From Diplonema japonicum (Eukaryota > Protista > Euglenozoa: Diplonemea): a DNA stretch of 64,000 nucleotides. The DNA is taken from NCBI GenBank assembly GCA_964019335.1, contig OZ025665.1:372001-436000 (forward strand). The letters are read 5' to 3'. The notes beneath the pieces are model-generated. The model had not been told where the DNA came from, ran no database searches, and was given only the letters and a program-made list of their open reading frames with translations. Position numbers and translations under genes: made by a program. Positions 43,407 to 53,620 of the stretch are shown here, one piece after another (within the stretch, counting starts at the first letter, position 1; every line of letters begins with the position of its first letter).

Positions 43407-44516
43407 TTACATCTCCTCCTCGAGGCCATAGAACATGGACAGGTCACCGTTTAATATTGTCGGGAGGAAGAGGCAGACCACGATGCACAGTGACAAGTGC
43501 ACCGCGAAGACAATGGTGTAGCAAGAGACGTACCTCACGTTGGCCCAATCGGCCGGTTTGAGAGCTGTGTTGGACGGGGGAGGGAATATCTTGCCACCGT
43601 CGATGGCATCAAGCCCGCCTGTGAGGGAGGCCTCAAGCTGCCGCTGCTGCTCCGTGTCGCTCAACAAACTGTTTTGAATCTCCCGCTTATGCTCAACAAG
43701 CTGGCTCTGAAACGACGCCATCATCTCCCTCAAGAGGGTCTCCGTGTCATAAGGCTCATCCTTTAACGGCGACTGCGCAACAAGCACCTCGCTCTTCACA
43801 GACTCTGTAGGACTGGGAAGCTTCTTCCAAGCAACGTCAACATTGCTACTCACAGAACACGTCCGTTGAGGCGGTGATTGGATAGGTGTGGGTGCCTTCA
43901 AACTGCTCGCCAGCACATCTGTCATCGTTGTTGATGTTGCCATGACAGGGGTTGTCATGGTGTCGGCATCTGCCGGCATTGGTTCTGTAAAGGCATCTTC
44001 TGCAGTGTAATACGTTTGGGTCGACAGTGAGTCGCATGCTGTGCTGTCTTGCGTTGAGACGGAGTGTCTTACAGAAGAAACAGTTTGCGCGGAAGATGTC
44101 AGCTTTATGACTTGTTTCCTCGATTGGACCCATCGCTGCTCTGTTTTGATTGCCTCGTCGATTTTCATTTCTTTGCAGTGCGCTGCCAGTGCCAAGCTGA
44201 CTTCCACCGGAACATCCTCCACAGGGCTGCTTTCTTCGTAAATCTTCGCCATCGCTCTGAACACGTCGTCCAAAGGGTGGTCCCATAGACTCTCGCCAGT
44301 CACCTCGTTGAAATAATACACATCTGGGCCTGTACCGAGCTCATCTTCTTCCACAGAGCACACCACCCAGTTCTCTGGTAGGGGTGCGTTCAGACCCCGC
44401 TCAGCTATCCAGCTTAGATCTGCCCTGTTATCCAGATTGAGCCCTACCCACTCCGCATACTCTTGTACCGGTTTCGACTGTCGGGATTCTGTTCCCGTCA
44501 CCCATCTCCCTGGCAT
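43407..44516 (-). CDS. WW-domain protein (CEP164-like N-terminus) with C-terminal TM helix
   Basis: EYAEWVGL..DLSWIAERGLNAPLPENW..YYFNEVTGESLWDHPLD; hydrophobic C-terminus. Confidence 0.75.
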   Translation of the reverse strand: MPGRWVTGTESRQSKPVQEYAEWVGLNLDNRADLSWIAERGLNAPLPENWVVCSVEEDELGTGPDVYYFNEVTGESLWDHPLDDVFRAMAKIYEESSPVEDVPVEVSLALAAHCKEMKIDEAIKTEQRWVQSRKQVIKLTSSAQTVSSVRHSVSTQDSTACDSLSTQTYYTAEDAFTEPMPADADTMTTPVMATSTTMTDVLASSLKAPTPIQSPPQRTCSVSSNVDVAWKKLPSPTESVKSEVLVAQSPLKDEPYDTETLLREMMASFQSQLVEHKREIQNSLLSDTEQQRQLEASLTGGLDAIDGGKIFPPPSNTALKPADWANVRYVSCYTIVFAVHLSLCIVVCLFLPTILNGDLSMFYGLEEEM

Positions 44517-44784
44517 GCTTTTTTCTTCTTTCCCCCCCCCCCCTCCTTGCGGTGGTTTTGTTAAAAAATAATCAGACATAAGGTTGTAAAAAGAAAAAGA
44601 AATTTGAATAGTACTTAAGAATTCGTTAACTGACAAACAGATTTACCGGGGGGGGGGGGGGGGGGGGGAAAGGGAGAAGGGGGCAGCGTAAACCACCCCA
44701 CCTTTTTGTCCTGTTTTTGAACAGAATGCAACGGAAAAAGTAAAATAAAAATTGAAAAAATTAAAAAAAGAAGAAGAAAACCCA

Positions 44785-46326
44785 TCACCTCCGCGCAACC
44801 AAATTGTTGTCGTAGCTCTCCAGTTCGATGTGGTCCATGAGGCCGTCACCTCTGCAGTGGGGTATCCCGGAGTTGGATGCAAAGCGGGCCGTCAGGAAGT
44901 ACTCCATTTCCCTACCGTAGTACCCAAAGTGGGGTCGGGACGGTTTCATAAGGAGACCTGCCTTCAACGGGTCGTCGCAGAGGTTGCCGATGACGTGCTT
45001 CGCGTACCAGTCAACACGGAAGATGGCAGGACCGTTGCTCCATGACCTTTGTTGGGTACAATAGATCGGGCCGCCCATGTCAGGCGTGCCCGCAGTTGCA
45101 ATCATCGTGCTCTTGATGGACCCGAGCTCTTGGTTCCTCATCAATGTCGTCAGGCATGTAGAGGGACCCTTTTTGTTCCCCGTGACGAAAGCAGACCACT
45201 CCTTGCACACCTGCCACTCGCAGTTCCCCCATTGTTTCACCCATTTCACCTTGTTCGGCCTTCTGGCAGACCCCGTGTGCTGCCTGTCCACCATGACTAT
45301 CGGCCGCTCCATTTTCTTGCATTTCTTGTACATGGATTTTCTCCGAGCGGAGCTTGCGAAGGCCCATTTCATGCATGTGTCCCCGCACTTCACCCAGTCC
45401 AGCTTCGTAGTGTTGAATTTTGTCACGTTCTGGGACAGCATCTGTTGGTAAATCTTCTCGTCTTCGAGCATGACGCCCCTCTCGAGGAAGACGTACGGTG
45501 TACTAATGTTGCTGAGGAGCCCAAACGACAGGTTTAAAAAATTAGCCACACGGGTCACCAACTGCGTGGTGTCCTCATAAGGACGGGGGAGGATGGGACG
45601 GTCGTTTTCGGACAGCAAAACAAGCTCCGTGGTTGTGTACATCATTGTCGTGAGGAGGACCATGGGGTGCACACTGTTCCCGGGGTTGCAGAGCACACGG
45701 TGCGGGACGCTGCCTAGGAGGCTGTCGATGAGCACAATGTCTTCACACGTACATTTATTCACGTGCACGATGATCTCCTTCAACCGCTTAAGAGACAGGA
45801 ACTCGCTGTCCCTCCAGGACTTGATGGTGTGTGTGAGGGTGGCATGCCCTTTGTACGTCGTGATAACAACTGTCAAGTCCTTCTCGCTCGGCTTGGGTTT
45901 CAGCTCTGAGGCTTTCTTGCAATTGTCCTCTATGAGGGCGCGCTGTATCATAGTAACATGAGGTTTCCGAGTTAGTTCGGGGCACAGCTCTAAGCTTGTC
46001 CCTTTATCTAGGGTTTGGTTACCAGGAGGTGGGGGTGCGTTTGTTTGTTGCTGATGTTGTTGGGTGGGATCTGTGTCTTGTTGTGTCGTCTCGTCGGAGT
46101 CCGTGCTTTGGGCGCTGTTGCTAACGAGAGGTTCTTCCTTCGGGAGGTACACATCCCCGGGGGATTCCTCGTGCTCAACAACCACCGACCCGAACCGGTG
46201 AAGAGGCTCCACCTTCGCTAGGTGGGCGTACCCTTTCGACGTGTCGTCTTCTTCGTCTTTGCTGAACACCAACACGAACGTCAGGCATCCCAGCATCGCA
46301 CCCGTCAGCAGGAATGTGACACGCAT
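44785..46326 (-). CDS. Type II membrane glycosyltransferase-like protein (GT-A fold)
   Basis: N-terminal signal anchor, Q/P/T-rich stem, LTVVITTYKGHATLTHTIKSW and DxD-like VLLSEND. Confidence 0.6.
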   Translation of the reverse strand: MRVTFLLTGAMLGCLTFVLVFSKDEEDDTSKGYAHLAKVEPLHRFGSVVVEHEESPGDVYLPKEEPLVSNSAQSTDSDETTQQDTDPTQQHQQQTNAPPPPGNQTLDKGTSLELCPELTRKPHVTMIQRALIEDNCKKASELKPKPSEKDLTVVITTYKGHATLTHTIKSWRDSEFLSLKRLKEIIVHVNKCTCEDIVLIDSLLGSVPHRVLCNPGNSVHPMVLLTTMMYTTTELVLLSENDRPILPRPYEDTTQLVTRVANFLNLSFGLLSNISTPYVFLERGVMLEDEKIYQQMLSQNVTKFNTTKLDWVKCGDTCMKWAFASSARRKSMYKKCKKMERPIVMVDRQHTGSARRPNKVKWVKQWGNCEWQVCKEWSAFVTGNKKGPSTCLTTLMRNQELGSIKSTMIATAGTPDMGGPIYCTQQRSWSNGPAIFRVDWYAKHVIGNLCDDPLKAGLLMKPSRPHFGYYGREMEYFLTARFASNSGIPHCRGDGLMDHIELESYDNNLVARR

Positions 46327-46541
46327 CGATAGGGAGGGAAGGGGGGGAAAGTGTAAATGAAAGTAAAGGTGTGTAACCTATTTTTTTATTTCTATCTCTT
46401 TGTTGTTCTAGTACCTACATAAAATAAAAGAACTGTGAAGGTTAAAAAAAAAAAAAAATACTAAAACGAAGAGACAGGGGGGGAAATGTCGGGAAATGCA
46501 AAATCGGGAGTTTGTACATAAAAGAAGGGGTGGGGGGTGTG

Positions 46542-46665
46542 TCATTCGTCATGTGTGAGTAGAGTATCAATTGCGTCAAACGCCTTATTAGTAGCATGCA
46601 GCTGTTTGCGGGCTTTCTTGTCAGCGAGCTGTGATAAAAAGAAAAAAACAGGTTGAGCAACAGTC

Positions 46666-46698
<33 letters not shown>

Positions 46699-48987
46699 AC
46701 AAACCTCGACCGAGGCAGCATGCTTCAAAGACAGTTTTTCAGCAGTCTGTTGGGCTTTTCGCACTGCTTTGGACTCGTCCAACTCTGCGCGCTGTCTGGC
46801 GTGGTGCTGTTCGGTTTTCTGAATATTCGCCTCTACCCATGTCTCCTGCTGCCGTTTCATCTTCTCCTCAGAAAGGCGTTCGATCTTGGCAGCTTCGATC
46901 CCCTTGAGCTGCCTTAGTTTGCTGATGTTTTGAAGCCCTCTTTCCATCTCCACCCATTTCTTCCGTTCAATGGCGCCTTCATCAGCCGACTTCAACTGCT
47001 GTTCCAACCGACGTTTGCGATCCTGGTCCTTTCTGCTTTCCTCGTCGCCTCGTCGTTGTTCCCGTTTTTCTTGCAGCTTTGCTTGGAGCGCTTGAAGGCG
47101 GATTCTGTCCCGCGCAGCTTGCTCGGTGGCAAGGGTTGCCCGCTCGTCTTGTTTCATGATTCGCTGGGCTGTGCAGTTGGCCCTCTTTTCAGCTCGCTTC
47201 TTTAACACGTTTTCGAGCCTGCGTTCATTCTTTTCCTTCGCATCGTCTCTGTCCTTTTCGATTTGTTCCCTCTTGAGCTTCACAGCCTCGTTGTGTTGCT
47301 GTCTGACAACCATCAGCTTGTCCTGTAGTTCTATGAGACTCATCTCGTTCAAGGTCCCGATGCCCATTGTGGAGGACGGGTCGTAGTCACGCCTGAACAT
47401 CTTCTTCGTCACAGACCCGTCAGCGCCAAGCACCATTCGTAGCCGAGCTCCTTCTTCTCGGATTTGCCTTATGACGTCAGCTTTTCGCTGCAGTTCCAGT
47501 TCTAACCTTTCTGCGACTTTTAGTTCCAATAGTTTGTCTTCTTCCTTGATGAGCCTTGCCCTTGTGGCGTTCTCTTCCTTCAGATCTGCTTTTGCTTTCT
47601 TCACGTTTTGTTCACTGATTTCGGCCTGCATCGCGACAAGCGTCTTGTTCTCCTCCAGCTGTCGCTGTTGCAGCTCCTTGACCTCTGTGAGTTTGTCGCT
47701 GATGTCTTCTTTTATCTTCGACGCCAGCTTTGCTTTTCTCTGTTCTTCCTTTTTCCTTGCTATCCGTGCCTCCTCATCAGACAGCATCATCTCGACCTTT
47801 CGCAGTGCAACTGCATTTCTGGCGTCTTCGTCATCGGCGTCCTGCATCTTCTGTTGCCACACACGGAACTCTGTGTCGTCCCGCATTTCTACAGCCTTTC
47901 TCCTCAATAGTTCTTCTTCTTCCTCTTGTTTTTTTGTGTAGACATGCTCCTCTCGTAGCAGGGCTGCTGTTGTGAGCTTTGGGTTCTCGACAGGTTGCCG
48001 TTCCATCCTCTTCTTGACAGCCTCCGGGGAGGCGCAGGGGGTTTTCTGTTTCGTGAATTCCGCCTCGAGCTCCGCCTGCCGTCTGGCCTTCATCTCCGCC
48101 ATGTTCGACGGGCGCTGCAGCACTGCGAGGCTGGGCGCGTTGACTGGCTTTGCTTCCTCTCTTTCTCTGTTCTTCTGCTTGGCTTCCTTGTCGAGGGAAG
48201 ATGCTTGGACGCCTTGCTTGTAAGCTGCTATCGCTGCGAGCTTCTCCTCAGAACAGTCTTCAATGGGGCGGCGATACTTCGGTTTTGTGAAGGTTTCCTG
48301 GGGTGGTGCGACCTTCTTGCCGTTATGCTTCGACAGGTTGAAAGGCTGAGACACAGTGGGTTGCTTGCCGGATCCTACTCGGGTGCCGCCCATTTGCTGT
48401 TGCTTCATCGTCTCAAGACCCGAGGCCATCTTATTAAATGTCTCCGCTAGCTCGAGCATCTTATCAGAGTAGGTCTCGATGTGGTCCAGCAGTGTGTTGT
48501 CCACATAGGTGTCATCGTAGATAGCACGCCAGGCTGTGGAGAAGTTCTCGGTGGAGGATGGTGTGAAAAGGAAAGAGAGGAATTCAGAAATCCTTGAAGG
48601 GCTGCAAGCACCGGTAATGAGCTGTCTGAACCCCATCATGCCCAGCTCCTCCACACGGAACATCGCCAAGTAACCGATCATCAGCAGCGGTGTGAAGCAG
48701 TCGTTCATGCGCCGCATCACGTTTTGGTACTTATTAATCGCCATCTCCAGCATCTTCCTGTACCTCGTTGTCCCGTAGAACACCTGCTGCAAGAAATCCT
48801 CCGAGTCCTCGTCCAGCAAAGGCGTGCTCTTTTTCTCCAAAAAGCTTCCCACATGGCTGTCTACAGTGTGCGTCATTGGGTTGAATGTGTTGATACACTC
48901 CACACACAAGCTCCATAACTCTTTTCTGGACACCTCCCTTGCGCTTCCTATGCTTCCCATGGTATTACTACCATTTATGACAGACAT
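46542..48987 (-). CDS. CFAP99: Cilia- and flagella-associated protein 99-like, 2 exons (789 aa)
   Basis: FLQQVFYGTTRYRK, YLAMFRVEELG, PFNLS, KLTTAALLREE, DDTEFRVWQ and LNEMSLIELQDKL. Intron 46629-46704 (76 nt) gives SVE|LADKKARK...HDE*. Confidence 0.8.
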
Positions 48988-49097
48988 TTTTTTTTCTTCA
49001 ACCGCTGCTTTTTCACCACGTCATCTGCGTTTGCGAGACGTCCTGTATGAGGGGTGAAGACGATAAACAGAGGAGGAAAAGAAAAGAAAACTCCCAT

Positions 49098-50778
49098 CTA
49101 CACCCTAGGGTCCTCCCAAGAAGTCTCTCTCGTTACGCTGTTGTAGAAGTAATGTCGGTTGTTCGCGGCATCGAACAGTGCTACCCAGTTGGGGGGAAGG
49201 GGCAGTGTGCTCTGGGGAGGCTGCTGAGCCTGTTGGAACTGTTGTTGATGTTGGTACTGAACCTGAGCCTGGGTCTGGGTCTGGGCCTGGGCAGGGTGCA
49301 TTTGTGGTGCGTTCTGCTGAGGCTGTTGTTGATACTGGTACTGGTACCCGAACTGCTGTGGGTTCTGATACTGATAAAAATCCGCTTGTGCTTTTTCCTG
49401 CTGTTTTTGCTCCGCCTCTTCCTTCTCTCGTTTCGCCGCCTTCTCGGCCACATCTTTCATTGCCGTCGTTGCAGCTTTCAGCTGATCTCCCGAAAGCAAA
49501 TCCTTCCACCCCGTTTGAATATACTGACTCGCCTCCCTGTTTTTTTTATTGTTTCTTTTTTTTTTTTCTTCTTCTTCTTTTTAACAAATACTTTATTTTC
49601 ACTGTGCTGCTGCATTCGAACAACTTTGATAAGATGTCTACTGTCTTCTCATAGGCCTCTGCTTGAAGGATACCACCAAACTTGTATAGTTCTGTGAGGA
49701 TTTTGAGGTGTTCAACTGGTGCGTCGGTCGATATCGTGCAGAGGTGCATTTTCAGCGAAGAGGTTATCTCTCTGTGGTAGGTGTACTTCTCCCGTATCTT
49801 CTGCGCCACAGGGTCTACGTCCTCGGGGAGTTGTTTTTTGAACGATGAGGCGAATTCTTTTTCCACCTCCATACACCATGGTGATGGCTTGTAGTTTCCC
49901 TTCTTTTTCCGGTCTGCCACGCGTTGGGAGTAGTCCTTGTATTCCTGCCGGAGTCGTTTCTCTTCGGCCTTTTGCTTCTTGACGGCTTCCTTCCGTGCTT
50001 TTTCCTTCGCTTTTTCCCGTGCCTTTTCTTCCTTTTGCTTGTTCAATTTTGCGAGCTTTTCTTCGTTTGCTATTCGGAGTTCCTCTTCTTGTTTCTTCCG
50101 TTCCATCGCACGTCTTGATTTCTCTTCTGTGCTCTCCTCTTCTAGTGCCGTTTCTTGGTTCTGCATGTGAAGTCGAAGGCGGCGCTGAAGAGTTTCAACT
50201 GCTAAAGCTGCTTCATCGTCTTCTTTTTTCTTTTTAGCAAGCAGAAGTTCTTCTTCGTCCCTGTCCTTGCGCTTTCGCTGCTCGGCGAGGATCTGTTCTT
50301 GAGCAATAATGCTTGAGTCGTTAACCTCACGCTTTTCGTTGAGCAGCTTTGCATAAGCATCTTCTTCTTCGGGTTCGAAAGAAGACAGCAAAGGAGGATT
50401 TTCCACATTCTGTTTGGTGAATTCTCCTATGTAGGACGGGATAATGTATCCGTCGATGTCGAAGGTGGCCCGCTTGGTGGTTATTGGTCTCGCTGGGGTT
50501 GGTTGGGCTGGAATGTACCCCGTTGCCCATGTTGCCTTGAAATCGCCTAAGGGGGTGTGCCCTTTGCTGCTTTGTTTCATTAATCTTCGTGCGGATTCGA
50601 TCTCAGCAGCCTCAACAGCAACCGTGCCATCACCAAGCCTCACATACCGCAAGATCGCCCCTTGCATTGTCTCCTCTAACACCAGCCAAATGTAGTCATC
50701 GCTTTCTTCTATTAATTCTGACACAATCACTGTCCGCCTTGAACGTTCTTCTTGTTCCTTTTCTGCTGGAATATTCAT
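49098..50778 (-). CDS. RRM-like + charged coiled coil + Q-rich + WW protein (possibly RBM25/Snu71-like), 2 exons (541 aa)
   Basis: Intron 49537-49591 (55 nt, GTATTT...AAACAG) joins ORF 49546-50778 in frame to the WW exon (LPPNWVALFDAANNRHYFYNSVTRETSWEDP). The family call is tentative. Confidence 0.65.
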
Positions 50779-50904
50779 TTCCCCCCCCCCTTCCCCTCTC
50801 TCTTCTGTTGTTTTCGAAGTGTTGGGGGTTAAAAAAGTTTAAAAAAAAAAAAAAACAGAAAAAAAAAAGAATAGAAACAAAAATTCGTAATAAAGTGCAA
50901 AACA

Positions 50905-51646
50905 ATAGCTATTTACTGCCAACAAGTAATGACTTTACCGTTACCTCGAGGTTCCGCATTTTACCGTCGAGGGCCCGCAGGGCCCGAGATGGTAGAATGC
51001 GGAACCGAGAGGTCGGTAAAGCATTACTTGGCGGTAGGTAAGTGGTTTTATTTCACGACACTCAGAAATTACTTCACCACGAGGGGCACAACGGGGTGAC
51101 AAGGGGTACAACAAGAGAGGGGTTACAAAGGTTACAATACAAGTTGTTTTCCCTCCTTTTGTTGACTAAGAGCTGCCGCTGTCGCTGGCATTGCCACTGT
51201 CACCATCTCTAATCAGCCTTCCCATACCTAGCGCGGCCGCTGGCTCCTTTTTTTCTGCTGCTTCGGTATTTTGAAGTCTTTTGGGGTGCTTGGGTAAGCT
51301 GACTAAGTTACCCTTACCCACAGAAGAGTTACCCACAGAAACTGGGAACAAGGCCTAGCCAAAGTGGGCAAATTGGGAGGAAAAAGTAGTCCAACTTGGA
51401 ACTGAGCCGAGGCAAAAGTTGGCCAATTGAGCTGAACCTGGGGGGAAATAGCAAACTGAGAGGAAAAGTAGCCCCACTGGGAACCGAACCGAGGCAAAAA
51501 TTGGCCTACCGCAGGCATATTATTTAACGGAAACCCCCTATTACTTCACGGAAAACAGGCCATTATTTCACCGTGAAGTAATGAGATTTAGCGTGAAGTA
51601 ATGGGCCCCCCAGTGCGTGAAGTAATTTCTGAAGAGTGAAATAAAA
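50905..51646 (+). mobile_element. Palindrome-bearing non-autonomous element of unknown class
   Basis: 130-nt hairpin 50910-51040; inverted repeats 51046-51077 and 51617-51646 (perfect 16-mer TCAGAAATTACTTCAC plus 11-mer TTTTATTTCAC); multiple GTGAAGTAAT copies; ~56-bp internal direct repeat. Confidence 0.6.
51369..51506. repeat. ~56-bp imperfect direct repeat x2
   Basis: gcaaattgggaggaaaagtagtccaacttggaactgagccgaggcaaaagttggcc vs gcaaactgagaggaaaagtagccccactgggaaccgaaccgaggcaaaaattggcc. Confidence 0.8.
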
Positions 51647-51725
51647 AAAAAAAAGAAGAAGAAAACAAAAAAAAAAAAGTCACTGTGATAGGAAACGAAG
51701 TGGTTTAGCAACGGCTCCATCAAAG

Positions 51726-51760
<35 letters not shown>

Positions 51761-52429
51761 AAGAAATCAAGATAAAATGTCCCAGTCCAGTCATAGTTTT
51801 TTTTTCTTTCTTTCTTCTTCTTCTTTTTTTTTTTTTTCTTCTAACGCCCAACTTAGACAATGTTATTGTTAAAAAATCCCCCTTTTTTTTTTGGTTTTTT
51901 CCGGGGTTAACGGGAAATTGGAGTTAAACATGAAAAGACCATTGGGGTCTACCATGGCCCATCATCGTTAAGTAGTAGAGCATAAGAATAGTTGGTTATC
52001 CTTTTTTTTTTTTTTAAGCCCCTAGTTCTCTTCCCATTTTTCTTTCCTCTCGGAATGCTGTAAACCTCTTTAATTTCTTTTCCTGGAAGAAGAAACCGGA
52101 ATAGGCTCTACTTTGAGAACGTCTTTTTTTTTTCTTTTCTTTTTTTTTTCTTCTCGCCTCTATTTTGCCCCCCCCCCCCCATTTGACACCCTCCCCAACG
52201 AGGGAACAAATACCCTCCTTCTTTTTTTTTTTTTTTCTTCCAGAAAATAAATCAAATACCGGGTTTCGGAGATATGATGCGTGAGACAATACAGTAAATC
52301 CACTGTAGAAGTATAAGGGGGGAGGGATAAAAAAAAATACATAAGGAAAGAAATCTGAGACCGAACTGGAGCAAAACAAAAACTTCCTCCTCGTAAGGGG
52401 TTATATCAAACACATCATCATCATCATCA

Positions 52430-53413
52430 TCACGGCAAAATATGCTTCAAAAGTAATTTCCATGCGTGTCTCGTAAGAGCGGGTGCATGTTCACGGCAGT
52501 CGTCGTACATTACAGGGAGAAGGAGGGCGGCACAATTTCGCGAGTGCCCAGGGGTGTTGGTGGGGAGGTTAAGCCACGCCCGGGTTATGAGCGATGCAAG
52601 AATCGACACCACCGGGGCCCAACCTAGAAAAAAAAACATATCAAGCATACGCGCGGCATCCTCACACGGCAGCCTGTTGCAAAACAATGACGGTAGAAAG
52701 GGGAGTAATATCATATCAGCGCTGTCTTCCTCGTCGCACTCTGTCCATTCTACAAAGGAAGGTACTTTGCTGTCTAGTATTAACCAGACCTGCCGTTTGA
52801 TCTCTTCCCATTGGGTGTGGTCGATTTCAGGTGCCCAGACTCCTCTCATGCCCCATTTATCTCCGTGGGATAGGGCAACCATGCACCAAAACGCTTTTTC
52901 CTCTGATAACCCGTTTAGAAGTAGCATTCCGGCGGTGAATGCCATGCCCTGTGTGTACCCCAGTTTTGGGTCGAATGCGGCGTAAGCTACAAGGACATTC
53001 ATGAGGCTTGTGTTCCCACCTTCTTCTTTGAAGTACGGTGTGTTGGGGTATGTTCTGCAGACGTCCTTTTCGATGCGTGATCGTGCATCGGGTTCCACGC
53101 CTTGTCCGTTTCTTGCCCGTAGCCACAGTTGTGGGCTGTACATTTTTTTCCATTTTTCGATTTCGAGGAATTTTGCCCACATGACTACCCGCAGTGACGG
53201 GGGGACTCCGTGTGCGACCAACCTCAGACCCACGCCTCGCATTACGCTCTTTTCCCACTCCAATGACCTCTTATCCAGTATCGCAAAGGCGTTCACCAAC
53301 ACATCGTCGCCTGTTTCCTTCTCGTCATCCTCCTCCGTGTCACCAGTCAGAGCCTCCCATTCCTCCGCACCAAAGCACGACAACACCTGGCAATCAACAC
53401 ATAGCTCTGTCAT
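52430..53413 (-). CDS. TBC-domain Rab GTPase-activating protein
   Basis: GVPPSLRVVMW, IxxDxxR finger IEKDVCRT, YxQ finger GYTQGM and EEKAFWCM. Confidence 0.9.
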   Translation of the reverse strand: MTELCVDCQVLSCFGAEEWEALTGDTEEDDEKETGDDVLVNAFAILDKRSLEWEKSVMRGVGLRLVAHGVPPSLRVVMWAKFLEIEKWKKMYSPQLWLRARNGQGVEPDARSRIEKDVCRTYPNTPYFKEEGGNTSLMNVLVAYAAFDPKLGYTQGMAFTAGMLLLNGLSEEKAFWCMVALSHGDKWGMRGVWAPEIDHTQWEEIKRQVWLILDSKVPSFVEWTECDEEDSADMILLPFLPSLFCNRLPCEDAARMLDMFFFLGWAPVVSILASLITRAWLNLPTNTPGHSRNCAALLLPVMYDDCREHAPALTRHAWKLLLKHILP

Positions 53414-53620
53414 GGGACCTGAAAGAATACATTAAAGGGGGGAGGAGTAAAAATTATCATTTTGTATACTTACGGAGAAGAACAATCTAAATAAAAGAAA
53501 TATAAAAATAACGTAACAGAAACCCGTTGTTGGGGGGTAAATAATGTTGGAAAACATTTTAAAAGAAGAATTAAAAACACAAGAAAAAAAAGGGAAAGAA
53601 AGTCCCCGCCCTTTTTCTTC

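Noticed and set aside
49592-49602. Alternative donor GTGAAA at 49602
   Set aside because: Out of phase with the WW exon; the GTATTT donor at 49591 restores the frame.
51339-51632. CRISPR-like array
   Set aside because: Only two long degenerate repeats plus irregularly spaced 10-mers, no unique equal-length spacers, no cas genes, eukaryotic context.
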